Assembly (NCBI GenBank): GCA_021442555.1
Contig: JABUSV010000186.1
Span: forward strand, 1-55,965
From: Pseudobutyrivibrio sp.
GTDB lineage: Bacteria > Bacillota > Clostridia > Lachnospirales > Lachnospiraceae
Direction: 5' to 3'
DNA: 55,965 nucleotides
Made by a program: the position numbers and the translations under genes. Below the pieces are notes generated by a model that was not told the origin of the DNA, searched no databases, and worked only from the letters and a program-made list of their open reading frames with translations. Of this stretch, positions 1 to 10,274 are shown in pieces. Each line of letters opens with the position of its first letter. Position 1 is the first letter of the stretch.

Positions 1-59
1 CTGCACGGTCGCCCACCAGAACCTAAATCTGGCGCGTCTGCCAATTCCGCCACACCCGC
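1..59 (-). tRNA. tRNA-Leu(TAG), 3' end truncated by window edge
   Basis: Reverse complement reads GCGGGTGTGGCGGAATTGGCAGACGCGCCAGATTTAGGTTCTGGTGGGCGACCGTGCAG: Leu-type D-arm, anticodon stem CCAGA/TCTGG with loop TTTAGGT, long variable arm. Confidence 0.95.
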
Positions 60-126
60 TTAATCGGAACTTATCAAGCAAAAAAACTAGTAACTCGCGT
101 CCCGATGTCGGCTCATCGACTGTCCT

Positions 127-155
127 AGATTAACACACTTAAAGACCAGACGCAA
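127..155 (-). promoter_or_regulatory. sigma-A-type promoter for the tRNA
   Basis: TTGCGT-17 bp-TAATCT with extended TG, upstream of the tRNA 5' end. Confidence 0.55.
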
Positions 156-182
156 GGGAAATTGATCTAAAACTTCAAATAT

Positions 183-1403
183 TTATTCATCAAAGGCTTC
201 TTCCATTCGTTCCAACATTCCATCTTCAATAAGCGCTACGGCAATACCTGCAAACTCAGGATCAAACTGTGTTCCCCTACCTGCATTAAGTTGAGATATT
301 ACCGTCTCTTTTTTTGCCTTCTCTCTGTATATTCTTGTAGTGTACATTGCATCCAATGCATCTGCCACGGCAATAATTCTTGCAAACAATGGTATCTGCT
401 TGCCCTTGAGCTGATGAGGGTAACCATTTCCATCAAATCTCTCATGATGATACAGTGCGCCTACATCAAGACCCTGGATCGTCTCAAATGCTGACAATAT
501 CTTGGCGCCTGCTTCAACGTGGTTCTTCATAACTTCGTATTCCTCGTCAGACAGCCCACTCCTCTTATTGAGAATATTATCTCTGATTCCTATCTTGCCT
601 ATATCGTGAAGTCTGGCTGTTGTAGCCAGTTCAGCAAGAGTATCCTCTGTCAGTCCATAGGCTCTGCCTATCTCTACTGAGTAGAATGCAACATGTTCGG
701 AATGTCTATGGGTATACTCATCTCTGGCATCCAAAGCACTGGTAATGGAAGTGATTGTCTCCAAAGACAGACGCTCAACTCTCTTCTTTTCTCTGCCTAC
801 AGCCTCCTCTAATTCGTACTTACGATTAACCTCTGATAAAAGCGCACCTTTGCTCTTGTAACCAATAAGAAAAGCTAAAGAGAAACAGCAAATATACATC
901 AATGGAAATCTGCTGGTTACCTCAACAGGATACTGATATGGCATATAGTTCCTGATTGGAGTCCAAAAGCTGAATATCACAAGACACGCAAAATATGTTC
1001 CTACCATCAATCCCTGCTTGAAATTAAACAAAGACATATACACAAAAGGAATCACAAGTATCCAGTAGATTGCTGTTCCCTTGGTACTTCCATCAATGAA
1101 AAGATATGTGAACAGAATCACAAACCCCATCAGAATCATGTTACGCACAATAACATCATTGTAGAAGAATATAGCCACCAACCATGAAATTGCAAAAATA
1201 AGCACTGCTACTACAGATACTATAGATACATTTGCGTTATTCAAGGTGTATGAATTGATAAGAGCCATCACCGAAGTGACTATAATCATCAGTACACCAG
1301 CGAATTGGAAGGTCTTCTTCTCCCTGCGCTTATAGTCCTCTGTATCTATCTCAGCATTAATAAACGCTATTAACTTTTCTATTTTCTCACTCACTGTAGC
1401 CAC
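183..1403 (-). CDS. Membrane-anchored HD-GYP domain cyclic-di-nucleotide phosphodiesterase
   Basis: N-terminal TM helices; ARDEYTHRHSEHV, LHDIGKIG, HHERFDGNGYP, RIIAVADALDAM motifs. Confidence 0.9.
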   Translation of the reverse strand: MATVSEKIEKLIAFINAEIDTEDYKRREKKTFQFAGVLMIIVTSVMALINSYTLNNANVSIVSVVAVLIFAISWLVAIFFYNDVIVRNMILMGFVILFTYLFIDGSTKGTAIYWILVIPFVYMSLFNFKQGLMVGTYFACLVIFSFWTPIRNYMPYQYPVEVTSRFPLMYICCFSLAFLIGYKSKGALLSEVNRKYELEEAVGREKKRVERLSLETITSITSALDARDEYTHRHSEHVAFYSVEIGRAYGLTEDTLAELATTARLHDIGKIGIRDNILNKRSGLSDEEYEVMKNHVEAGAKILSAFETIQGLDVGALYHHERFDGNGYPHQLKGKQIPLFARIIAVADALDAMYTTRIYREKAKKETVISQLNAGRGTQFDPEFAGIAVALIEDGMLERMEEAFDE

Positions 1404-1404
1404 T

Positions 1405-1707
1405 CTATCCCTGTAATCCTCTTGATTGACGATCCATGTCCTCGATTACAATATCATATATCTCGCCGAGTGTACTGCAGTACTGCAAAACAAGCCAAGG
1501 CTCGTTGGTGTGATAATGTATCTTGATAGGGTCTCCGTCGCCGCCAACTGCAAGCAGACAGTCGCCCTTAAAATTGTTGGAAATGTAATCAAATACCTCA
1601 TCTTCATCAAGATCATCACCATCTATCAGTAACTGAGTGTCATATCTGAACTCCGACATTCCCTCGTCATTATCATCTCCATTCATCCATGATTGTACTT
1701 CTGACAT
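1405..1707 (-). CDS. Small acidic protein resembling the stand-alone middle domain of DAK2/FakA fatty acid kinase
   Basis: YDTQLLI...GDCLLAVG...IKIHYHTNEP...IVIEDM resembles the FakA pattern YCTEF...GDSLVVV...VHVHTxxP...IKIENM; RBS GGGAGG. Confidence 0.65.
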   Translation of the reverse strand: MSEVQSWMNGDDNDEGMSEFRYDTQLLIDGDDLDEDEVFDYISNNFKGDCLLAVGGDGDPIKIHYHTNEPWLVLQYCSTLGEIYDIVIEDMDRQSRGLQG

Positions 1708-1860
1708 TATTCGTCCTCCCTGTTATCGTTTCGTCACTTTTAACCATTTCTATTAATATACCAAATTTAGCATTTTAATACAAATACCTTGAAATTTATG
1801 ATATTTCTGCTATTATGTTGAAGTCTATGTAATTGTAGTTTTATGTAGGAAAGGATAATT

Positions 1861-3501
1861 ATGATTCAAGCTAGTAATATAGCTCTTCGTTTTGGAAAAA
1901 AAGCACTTTTCGAAGAGGTTAATGTAAAGTTTGTGGAAGGCAACTGCTATGGTATTATCGGAGCCAACGGAGCAGGTAAGTCTACATTTCTCAAGATTCT
2001 TTCAGGTCAGCTAGAGCCTACCAACGGTGAGATAATCATGACACCAGGTAACAGACTCTCTTTCTTGGAGCAGGATCACTTCAAATACGATGAATATACA
2101 GTACTTGATACAGTTATCATGGGTAACCAGCGTCTCTACGAGATCATGAAGGAAAAGGATGCTATCTACATGAAGGAAGACTTCTCTGACGAAGATGGTA
2201 TTCGCGCCGCCGAATTAGAGACAGAGTTTGCTGAGATGGATGGTTGGAACGCAGAGGCAGATGCCGCTACTCTTCTCAACGGTCTTGGTGTAGAGACAGA
2301 ATATCACTACACTGTTATGGCTGACATGCCAGGCGCCCTCAAGGTCAAGGTTCTTCTTGCAAGAGCACTCTTCGGCAACCCTGATGTTCTCCTTTTGGAT
2401 GAGCCTACCAACCACCTTGATTTGGATGCCATTGCATGGTTAGAGGAGTTCCTTATCAACTTCGAAAACACAGTTATCGTTGTATCCCATGACCGTTACT
2501 TCCTTAACAAGGTTTGTACTCAGATTGCAGATATTGATTATGGTAAGATTCAGCTTTATGCTGGTAACTACGATTTCTGGTATCAGTCATCACAGCTCAT
2601 TATCCAGCAGCGTAAGGAAGCCAACAAGAAAAAGGAAGAGCAGATTAAGGAATTACAGGAATTCATTCAGCGATTCTCTGCTAATGCTTCCAAGTCAAAG
2701 CAGGCTACATCTCGTAAGCGTGCCCTTGAAAAAATCGAGCTTGACGACATCAAGCCATCAAGCCGTAAATATCCATATATTGACTTTAGGCCAAAGAGAG
2801 ATATTGGTAACGAAGTTCTTATGGTTGAAAACCTTACCAAATCTATCGATGGCGAGCTCATCTTGGATCATGTATCCTTTAACGTAGGTCGTGAGGATAA
2901 GATTGCTCTAGTTGGTTCTAACGAAAAAGCAAAGACCGTACTCTTCCAGATTCTTGCTGGCGAGATGGAGCCAGATGAAGGTAATTACAAGTGGGGTGTT
3001 ACAACCTCACAGTCATATTTCCCTAAGGACAATACTGAGATTTTCTCAAATGACCTTCTCATTGTTGACTGGCTGACTCAGTACTCAGAGATTAAGGATG
3101 CTACCTATGTACGTCAGTTCTTAGGACGTATGCTTTTCCCAGGAGAAGCAGGTGTTAAGAAGATGAAAGTATTATCAGGTGGTGAAAAGGTACGTGTTCT
3201 CTTAGCTCGTATGATGATTGAAAACTCCAACATCCTTATGCTCAACGAGCCTACTGACCACTTGGATATGGAATCAATCTCAGCACTTAATACAGGACTT
3301 CAGAAGTTCTCTGGCGTTATTATCTTCTCTTCTCGTGACCACGAGATCGTGCAGACAACTGCCAATCGTATTATCGAGATTCTGCCTAATGGAACCATCA
3401 TCGACAAGATGACCACATATGACGAGTATCTGGATTCAGATGAGATGGCTCGTAAGCGTACAATCGTTGAGCTTTCTGATGACGAGCTTGCAGATGATTA
3501 A
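1861..3501 (+). CDS. ABC-F family ATPase (YbiT/YkpA-like)
   Basis: Two ABC domains, no TM; GANGAGKST, LLLDEPTNHLD, SHD, interdomain linker FIQRFSANASKSKQATSR. Confidence 0.93.
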   Translation: MIQASNIALRFGKKALFEEVNVKFVEGNCYGIIGANGAGKSTFLKILSGQLEPTNGEIIMTPGNRLSFLEQDHFKYDEYTVLDTVIMGNQRLYEIMKEKDAIYMKEDFSDEDGIRAAELETEFAEMDGWNAEADAATLLNGLGVETEYHYTVMADMPGALKVKVLLARALFGNPDVLLLDEPTNHLDLDAIAWLEEFLINFENTVIVVSHDRYFLNKVCTQIADIDYGKIQLYAGNYDFWYQSSQLIIQQRKEANKKKEEQIKELQEFIQRFSANASKSKQATSRKRALEKIELDDIKPSSRKYPYIDFRPKRDIGNEVLMVENLTKSIDGELILDHVSFNVGREDKIALVGSNEKAKTVLFQILAGEMEPDEGNYKWGVTTSQSYFPKDNTEIFSNDLLIVDWLTQYSEIKDATYVRQFLGRMLFPGEAGVKKMKVLSGGEKVRVLLARMMIENSNILMLNEPTDHLDMESISALNTGLQKFSGVIIFSSRDHEIVQTTANRIIEILPNGTIIDKMTTYDEYLDSDEMARKRTIVELSDDELADD

Positions 3502-3518
3502 TATTTATACAGATTATT

Positions 3519-3548
3519 AAAGCCCTGGCTATTTTGCCAGGGCTTTTT
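3519..3548. terminator. Intrinsic terminator between convergent genes
   Basis: AAAGCCCTGGC-TATTTT-GCCAGGGCTTT followed by a T run; overlaps the acyltransferase stop codon. Confidence 0.8.
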
Positions 3549-4590
3549 CTATACTTCCAGTAATCTGTTTTGTAACCAAACGAAGAGCAATAACTGCTAT
3601 CAATATTTCCACAGCATCTATTAGAGCAATAAACATAACCTGATATGTTTCAAGATAAATACCCATATATTTATCAGCATTCATCACTATAATCACATGA
3701 TGCACCAAGTATATATCGTAGGTATACCCCGCAATAAACTTTACCACGCCGTTAACCTTTTTATGCTTTTCAAACACATCACTCAATGAAAGAAACAGCA
3801 AGAACACCATTAATGATACTATGGTAATCTTAAATCCCATAGGGATAATAATGTCAATAGTGGATACTCTGCAAAAAATAATACCTGCAAGGCACACATA
3901 TCCTATTTTTTTATTTATCCTTTCGTATGTTAAGGCAAGACACATTCCAAGGAAGAATTCAAAGCCCTTGAGAATGGGATTCATATGAACCTCAATTGTA
4001 TACATTAGATAATAATTGACTGAAAGTCCTGCATAAACAACAAAAGCAATAAAGCATGTAATCTTTGGATGCTTAAGAAGCGCGCATCTTAACAGTGGAA
4101 AAATCAGATAAAGCACCATAAGATTGCCTAAGAACCACTCTCCTATACCAAGAGTTGTAGTAGGCATACCCAGCATACTAATCCATTCATCCATGCCAAA
4201 CAAAGTAAAGATAAAGGTTTTCTTGCTGACAAATCCAAGTGGCCATCCCTTGCACGCTACAGCTCTGCACACAAATACGTATGCATAGGTTATCCAAAAA
4301 GGAAGCAGTATTTTTGTCACGCGACTATAATAATATCCTTTTAGGTCAAACTTATCCTTTGTAGACAACATCAGCCCAAAGCCTGAGAGCATAAAAAACA
4401 CACCTACTGCCATGGTGGCCATGTGCATATTGGTACTGCCTGTTATAATGTAATAATCCCTGGGAGCATATGAGCCATTAATATTCAGATGTACGAAAAA
4501 ATGGTAGATTATAATACAAAAAAACGCTACCACTCTCATACAATCCAAAGAATATATCCTTTTGTTTTTCAATATCATTAACCTCTGCAA
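3529..4590 (-). CDS. Acyltransferase-3 (OafA-like) membrane O-acyltransferase; start may be a few codons later
   Basis: RIYSLDCMRVVAFFCIIIYH, VGVFFMLSGFGL, WFLGNLMVLYLIFP, TYDIYLVH; multi-TM. Confidence 0.88.
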   Translation of the reverse strand: MQRLMILKNKRIYSLDCMRVVAFFCIIIYHFFVHLNINGSYAPRDYYIITGSTNMHMATMAVGVFFMLSGFGLMLSTKDKFDLKGYYYSRVTKILLPFWITYAYVFVCRAVACKGWPLGFVSKKTFIFTLFGMDEWISMLGMPTTTLGIGEWFLGNLMVLYLIFPLLRCALLKHPKITCFIAFVVYAGLSVNYYLMYTIEVHMNPILKGFEFFLGMCLALTYERINKKIGYVCLAGIIFCRVSTIDIIIPMGFKITIVSLMVFLLFLSLSDVFEKHKKVNGVVKFIAGYTYDIYLVHHVIIVMNADKYMGIYLETYQVMFIALIDAVEILIAVIALRLVTKQITGSIEKALAK

Positions 4591-4680
4591 TCAAGTAAAG
4601 TTACCTAGTAATTATATATTATGGTTGCCAATATCGCCATAAACAGATACAGTATTTTTAAACTTTTACAGGAGATCCTT

Positions 4681-5166
4681 ATGCTTATCAGAATAATCGA
4701 AAAAAAAGATGACGCCATAATAGCATCTATTATCCGACAGTGCCTTATAGAATACGGTGGAGACCACAGACCCGACACCGCGTGGGCTGACCCATTTCTG
4801 GATAGATTTTCAGAAGTATATATACATGATAACAACTGTTACTGGGTTGCAGAAAATGAAGATGGTCAGGTTATTGCTGGTGTAGGCATCGGCCCTCTTA
4901 ATGGAAAAGAAGGTATATGCGAGCTTCAAAAGATGTATTGTCTTCCAGAGTACAGAGGATGCGGCATCGCTCAAAAGCTGCTTGATACCGCCTTGGATTT
5001 TGCAAAACAGCAATACGCAAGCTGTTATCTTGAGACAATGCAAAATATGGACCGAGCCAAATCCTTCTATGAAAAAAATGGCTTTGCCCATACCTGTGAG
5101 ACAATCGGAAACACCGGTCACTGTGGTTGCGATTATCATTATATTTTACATTTCAATCATAATTAA
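4681..5166 (+). CDS. GNAT family N-acetyltransferase (YjgM-like)
   Basis: CELQKMYCLPEYRGCGIA, YLET, FYEKNGF, TGH; ATG at 4681 preceded by AGGAG, preferred over 4621. Confidence 0.88.
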   Translation: MLIRIIEKKDDAIIASIIRQCLIEYGGDHRPDTAWADPFLDRFSEVYIHDNNCYWVAENEDGQVIAGVGIGPLNGKEGICELQKMYCLPEYRGCGIAQKLLDTALDFAKQQYASCYLETMQNMDRAKSFYEKNGFAHTCETIGNTGHCGCDYHYILHFNHN

Positions 5167-7124
5167 TAGCACAGCACGTTGCCTACCTCTGTAGACTTGT
5201 TCTTATCAAAGACTATTACTGCTCCAAAACCTAAGCATCCATCAGCTTTTACAAGATCTGTAGGAGAATTTATCTCCTGGTGGCAGATGGTAGCAACATA
5301 AGCTGTCTTGTCTGTGGAAATTTTTATCCCTTCTGCCATATAATCTTCATATGTACAGCCCTTAAGGGCTGACTCTATCGGTATCTTTTCTATTTTATAA
5401 TCATCTAACCTTCCATGCTCTATCGTATGCACAACAATGATATTGGTACAGGTGGATTCACCTTGCCATTCATATACTATGGTCTTGTTGACAGTTTCAT
5501 GATTATAGCTACGGGATATATGTGTATCAATTATAGTAGTTGTTGTATTTGGAGTAATGAAATCCAACACTGTGTCTGCCTTAATACCTCGATATATTGC
5601 GCGATTATCACAAAGCTCCACCGTGCCATGTTCGTTAAAATGCAGATATCCCTGATACTTGTGTGCACTGTTGGCATAGCACTCATCCACAATTATATAT
5701 GTACTTATACCCTTAATATGAATGATTTTTCTATTAATGAACACTCCCAAGTCCATCATGTAGCCGAGATGTCCACCCTGAACAAATTCATATTTATCTA
5801 AGAATCTATATTGCTGTTTTACAGGAGCAGAAAGCTTACTGCACTCCCAGGAATCCTTGTTTACGGTAAAATACTTTCCATCCACAATAATGGTATTGTG
5901 AGCTGTCGGATTCTTGTACTCATTACGCTTATCCCCCCATACATAGGTATACCGCCCGCTGTCCATCAGCACATCCTCGCCCTTTGCGATTATGTCAAAA
6001 TGAAGCTGGTCGGAATGACCATGACCTGCACCTATGGTACCGCAGTGAAATCTAAGTACATTAGCATCCTCCTCCCAACTGCTTCTGAAAAAATAGTTTC
6101 CTGTGTCCTCCATTGCAACAGAGGTAAAAGAAGGATTCGTCTTTTTCATTGACTCAAATACACGGATTCCTTCGATTCCTACTTCCCAAACGGTCTCAAA
6201 ATCCACTATTTCCTTTGCCCCTGATTTTAAAACCGGATCTTCAAAGGCTATAGCGGCTTTGCATAGGTACTGGCTCATATCAAAATCATCGCTGTCACCC
6301 ATCATAAACTCATGATGATCAGGCTTCATCCATTTGAGGTCTGCCATAGCCATATTATACACAGTGTCAAGAATGGATTGCGGCAAATCAAATCCCTTTC
6401 TCTTTGCAATAATAACCACATCCAACAAGTCCTTAAGCACCTCATTATGGTACATGGGAGACTGTTCCCATTCAGCTCCGTCAGGCATAATTGACATACG
6501 GCATAGCTTGTCCAGGTGATCTATCGCTATATTTCTGTACTCTCTTGACTCATCATCTTCTGGCAGAGTCAAAGAAATCAAGAAAAGACCATGGTTTTCA
6601 ATAACACCCCAGTTGCTTATCAATCTGTAAGCGTTATGCATGGAAATAATGTATTTGGCATGAACTCTAAGGCAGTCATACATAAGCTTTTTTAGTTCAT
6701 CAGTAACATTTGGACTGTCTTTAAACAATTCAAAAGCATGTGTCCAGTAATCTCCTCTAAACCCTGCCTCTAAGATACGCCAGGTTGTGGTCTTGCTGGA
6801 CTCTGTAAAAGGACAGCTAAGAATCCAATCCTCTAACATATCAGCATAGGCGATGGCATATTTTTCATCCAGGGTAATCTGATAGGCCTGTCCCATGGTA
6901 ATAAAACAGCGGTGACGATTAAACTGCCAGACATACTCCTGATCATCAGCTGGCTTCCACTCCCAGTCGATTTTTCTACCATAAGTCATTACGTCGTCTA
7001 TCTGCTCTAAATCATTTTCAGTGTTAAATAAAAACTCATGACGGCAGAACATGTCTGCATATTTTATCACAGCTTCTGTTTTGTCTTTATGATATTTTTT
7101 GCAATAGTTAACCAGTTCTTCCAT
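5163..7124 (-). CDS. Heparinase II/III-like polysaccharide lyase (PL12-like)
   Basis: WQFNRH, SNWGVIE, DGAEWEQSPMYH, GHGHSDQL, DSGRYTY, AHNT motifs. Confidence 0.87.
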   Translation of the reverse strand: MEELVNYCKKYHKDKTEAVIKYADMFCRHEFLFNTENDLEQIDDVMTYGRKIDWEWKPADDQEYVWQFNRHRCFITMGQAYQITLDEKYAIAYADMLEDWILSCPFTESSKTTTWRILEAGFRGDYWTHAFELFKDSPNVTDELKKLMYDCLRVHAKYIISMHNAYRLISNWGVIENHGLFLISLTLPEDDESREYRNIAIDHLDKLCRMSIMPDGAEWEQSPMYHNEVLKDLLDVVIIAKRKGFDLPQSILDTVYNMAMADLKWMKPDHHEFMMGDSDDFDMSQYLCKAAIAFEDPVLKSGAKEIVDFETVWEVGIEGIRVFESMKKTNPSFTSVAMEDTGNYFFRSSWEEDANVLRFHCGTIGAGHGHSDQLHFDIIAKGEDVLMDSGRYTYVWGDKRNEYKNPTAHNTIIVDGKYFTVNKDSWECSKLSAPVKQQYRFLDKYEFVQGGHLGYMMDLGVFINRKIIHIKGISTYIIVDECYANSAHKYQGYLHFNEHGTVELCDNRAIYRGIKADTVLDFITPNTTTTIIDTHISRSYNHETVNKTIVYEWQGESTCTNIIVVHTIEHGRLDDYKIEKIPIESALKGCTYEDYMAEGIKISTDKTAYVATICHQEINSPTDLVKADGCLGFGAVIVFDKNKSTEVGNVLCY

Positions 7125-7143
7125 ACCCTAACCCTTGTCAGCT

Positions 7144-8328
7144 CTACCAATACTGATTCCAGTCCTTGCTCATTCTGGTAAGAGCTTCCATATAAAAATA
7201 GTCGCCCCAGCTGTTACACTCATCAACTCCATAGTGATTACAGGTGTTATATGGACTGTGATTCGAATATGTGCTGTGTAGCACAAGACCATTTGATTTA
7301 TTAACATCCTTCACCTGATAATTATCATATAAGGATTTCAACAGACATCCTGCTATAGCCATGTACTCTGCAGCCTTTTCATCGGATACATACTTGGCCA
7401 TTTCCAGCAGGCCACATGCTACTATTGATGCACTCGAGCTGTCTTTTGGCTGTTGATCACCATCGGTAAATTCCAAATCCCAATACGGAATCAGATCCTG
7501 TGGCAGATGATTTAAAAAATACTGCAACACTCCATCAAATTTTTCTATGTACTCTTCCTCCCTGGTATAACGATAGGCACAAGCCATACCGTACACTCCC
7601 CATGCCTGTCCTCTGGCCCAGGCTGAGCCATCTTGATAGCCCTGACAGGTACTGCCATGGCTGGGTTTACCCGTATTTATGTCAAAATAAAATGTATGCC
7701 AGGTAGAGTAATCTTCCCGAATAACATTATCTACGGCAGTCTGTATATGCTTTTGGGCAATATCCCTGTACTTATTATCACCCGTTACCTCTGTGGCCCA
7801 ATATAAAAGCGGCAGGTTCAACAGACAGTCAATGATTAATCTGTAATTTTCAGGCTCATCCATTGACCCCCAGGCCTGAATAAAATTACCTACACCGTGA
7901 AATCTCGTTATCAGCTGGTCAGCAGCCATAATAGCTGCTTCCTTGGCTCTCTCATCTTTTGTAAGCTTGTAAGCTGCAACACAGGATGGTGTATAAAGAA
8001 ACCCCATATCATGATGGTCTACCGCTACCTTATTTTTGATTCTCTGATAAAAGGATTCCACTTGAATCTTAGCTGCCTCATGAAGCTTATTTGCCTCATC
8101 TGTTCTTTCATGCTCCAATGCCCACTCATAGGATAACCACAGCTCACCAGTCCAGAATCCGCAAGTCCAGTCTGTGTTGTCTATTTCCTGGTAAAAGCCA
8201 TCTACACTATATGCGTTTTGGAATTTATACGTGAACTTGGGCAGATTATTTATTACCTGATTAAGGCAAAAATCCATAGCCTCTTCTATTTCACCACTCT
8301 TTATCTTCGGGTTACCAAAAGTATCCAT
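7144..8328 (-). CDS. GH88 unsaturated glucuronyl hydrolase
   Basis: WTCGFWTGELW, HHDMGFLY, IIDCLLNL, WARGQAW, DSSSASI, WGDYFYMEAL. Confidence 0.93.
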   Translation of the reverse strand: MDTFGNPKIKSGEIEEAMDFCLNQVINNLPKFTYKFQNAYSVDGFYQEIDNTDWTCGFWTGELWLSYEWALEHERTDEANKLHEAAKIQVESFYQRIKNKVAVDHHDMGFLYTPSCVAAYKLTKDERAKEAAIMAADQLITRFHGVGNFIQAWGSMDEPENYRLIIDCLLNLPLLYWATEVTGDNKYRDIAQKHIQTAVDNVIREDYSTWHTFYFDINTGKPSHGSTCQGYQDGSAWARGQAWGVYGMACAYRYTREEEYIEKFDGVLQYFLNHLPQDLIPYWDLEFTDGDQQPKDSSSASIVACGLLEMAKYVSDEKAAEYMAIAGCLLKSLYDNYQVKDVNKSNGLVLHSTYSNHSPYNTCNHYGVDECNSWGDYFYMEALTRMSKDWNQYW

Positions 8329-8349
8329 TTTCTTCTCCCATTGCTCTCG

Positions 8350-10143
8350 TTATTTATAGTCTACGTCTGGAATATTGTTCCATCTATGCCTCATGGCATG
8401 AGCAGCAAGCTTAGGTTTTCTTTCTCTGGTAAACAATCCCTTTTTATTACCACCTGCTCTCATAGGACCTTGAATCGTACCAAAATCGGCAAAGTTCCAC
8501 ATCTGCTCCCCTATGATAAAATCACGCTTGTCGAAGGCTTCACCATAGGCAAGTAAAAACTGAGCCTGATACTCCTCTGAAAACATCTCTGGTACAGTTG
8601 CATGCATGCCCGACACTGTGTCGGCGCCATACTCTGTCAGCATAACAGGTTTATTCTGCTGCTCCCAAAAATCCAGTTCCAGATTAAGAGCATACATGGC
8701 GGCATCCAAATCGCCCGACAGATTATACCAGCCATAATACCTGTTAAGACATACTACATCCATGGTTCTCGCAACTATATCCCTGGTGTAATCGTTCTGA
8801 GAACATACAAAGGTGACAGGTCTGTTTTGTCTGTCAAGACTATGGGTATAATCGTATAGACTGTGCCAATATTCATATGCTTCCCTAGGATACGACTCAG
8901 TGTCGGGCTCATTGCCCATTGACCACATAATGACGCAAGGGTGATTTTTATCTCTAGCTATCATATCTTTTATCACATCCTCATGATGGGCTCTGATATC
9001 AAGAACCTCATATGGGTTAGCTTGGCCTGCAGCGATACCAACAGCAGGAGTCTCGTCTATAATCAGTATTCCCTCTCTGTCACACAGATCATACATCTCC
9101 TCCGCATATGGATAGTGACTGGTCCTGAAGGAATTAGCGCCAAGCCAGTGAATCAGACCTGCATCCTTCACATCATATGTCAAATCAAAGCCTCTGCCCT
9201 TAATATGACTGTCTTCGTGTTTTCCAAAGCCCTTGAAGTATACTGGTTGGTTGTTAAGCAAAAACTGCTTTCCTCTAACCTCTATGGTTCTGATACCAAC
9301 ACTTAGACTGTAGAAATCACTTGTGTTGGAAAGCTCTAATGTATAAAGATATGCATTTTCTTTTCCTATTGACCATAGCTTCGCATCCTTTACCATAATA
9401 CTGCCGTTATCTGAGGTAGCTACAACGCTACCCCTCTTATCTTTGAGGGTAGCAAAAACTGTTTCATCATTATCGCAAAGAGCATAGTAACTAATCACGC
9501 CATCTCTTCCTACAATATCCGTCACCACTGTAATGTCCTTGATATATCCTGTCTTTGGCGTAGTATATATTCTCACAGAACGATTAAGTCCCGCATAATT
9601 AAAGAAATCAAAATTAGGAAGATTGATATCCGCCTGATATTCCTTACCCTTTTGAACACTTGGAACCTGTGCATTATCTGAACCAAAGAAAGCCCCTTTC
9701 AACTTATCATTCCCCACCGGCAAAGTGGTGCTGTTAACCCTGTTGTCCACCACAACAGATATTGTAAACTCCACTCCAACGCTAACCTTTTTAGTAATAT
9801 CTATCTCAAATGGAAGATATCCCCCTTTGTGAGTAGTAATAAGCTCACTGTTAATATATACTCTTGCTGAATTTGTCACTGCATCAAATCTAAGTAAAAG
9901 TCGCTGAGCTTCCATAATCTTTGGCAAAGTAAAGCTTCTTTGATACAAGGACTCTCCTGCGAATCTTCTATACGCCTTGTCTTCCTTCTGATCGTTATAT
10001 GAAGCAGGAACAGCAATCCACTCAAAGTCAGAGGTTAATATATCCCCCGGATTGTAGTTAAAGCCATCATTAATAAGTCTGAATTTCCATAAGCCATCCA
10101 GTGAAAATACACTGCGACAGCTGTTTGTCTGTGGATATAACAT
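8350..10143 (-). CDS. uidA: GH2 beta-glucuronidase
   Basis: DFFNYAG, GFGKHED, FRTSHYPY, catalytic NEP and TEYG glutamates, NRYYGWY, GNKKG (N-K motif). Confidence 0.9.
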   Translation of the reverse strand: MLYPQTNSCRSVFSLDGLWKFRLINDGFNYNPGDILTSDFEWIAVPASYNDQKEDKAYRRFAGESLYQRSFTLPKIMEAQRLLLRFDAVTNSARVYINSELITTHKGGYLPFEIDITKKVSVGVEFTISVVVDNRVNSTTLPVGNDKLKGAFFGSDNAQVPSVQKGKEYQADINLPNFDFFNYAGLNRSVRIYTTPKTGYIKDITVVTDIVGRDGVISYYALCDNDETVFATLKDKRGSVVATSDNGSIMVKDAKLWSIGKENAYLYTLELSNTSDFYSLSVGIRTIEVRGKQFLLNNQPVYFKGFGKHEDSHIKGRGFDLTYDVKDAGLIHWLGANSFRTSHYPYAEEMYDLCDREGILIIDETPAVGIAAGQANPYEVLDIRAHHEDVIKDMIARDKNHPCVIMWSMGNEPDTESYPREAYEYWHSLYDYTHSLDRQNRPVTFVCSQNDYTRDIVARTMDVVCLNRYYGWYNLSGDLDAAMYALNLELDFWEQQNKPVMLTEYGADTVSGMHATVPEMFSEEYQAQFLLAYGEAFDKRDFIIGEQMWNFADFGTIQGPMRAGGNKKGLFTRERKPKLAAHAMRHRWNNIPDVDYK

Positions 10144-10233
10144 AGTATTCCCTCCTGTACATATATCACTTTATTCGACCTTGCGCCTTATCACAATTCA
10201 AAATCTTATCCATAATATATAATTTTATACAAT

Positions 10234-10263
10234 AAAAAAGAGTTGTCCGTTATTGGACAACTC
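10234..10263 (-). terminator. Intrinsic terminator after cyclohydrolase gene
   Basis: GAGTTGTCC/GGACAACTC stem with U-tract on minus strand. Confidence 0.8.
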
Positions 10264-10274
10264 CTGTAAGCAAT

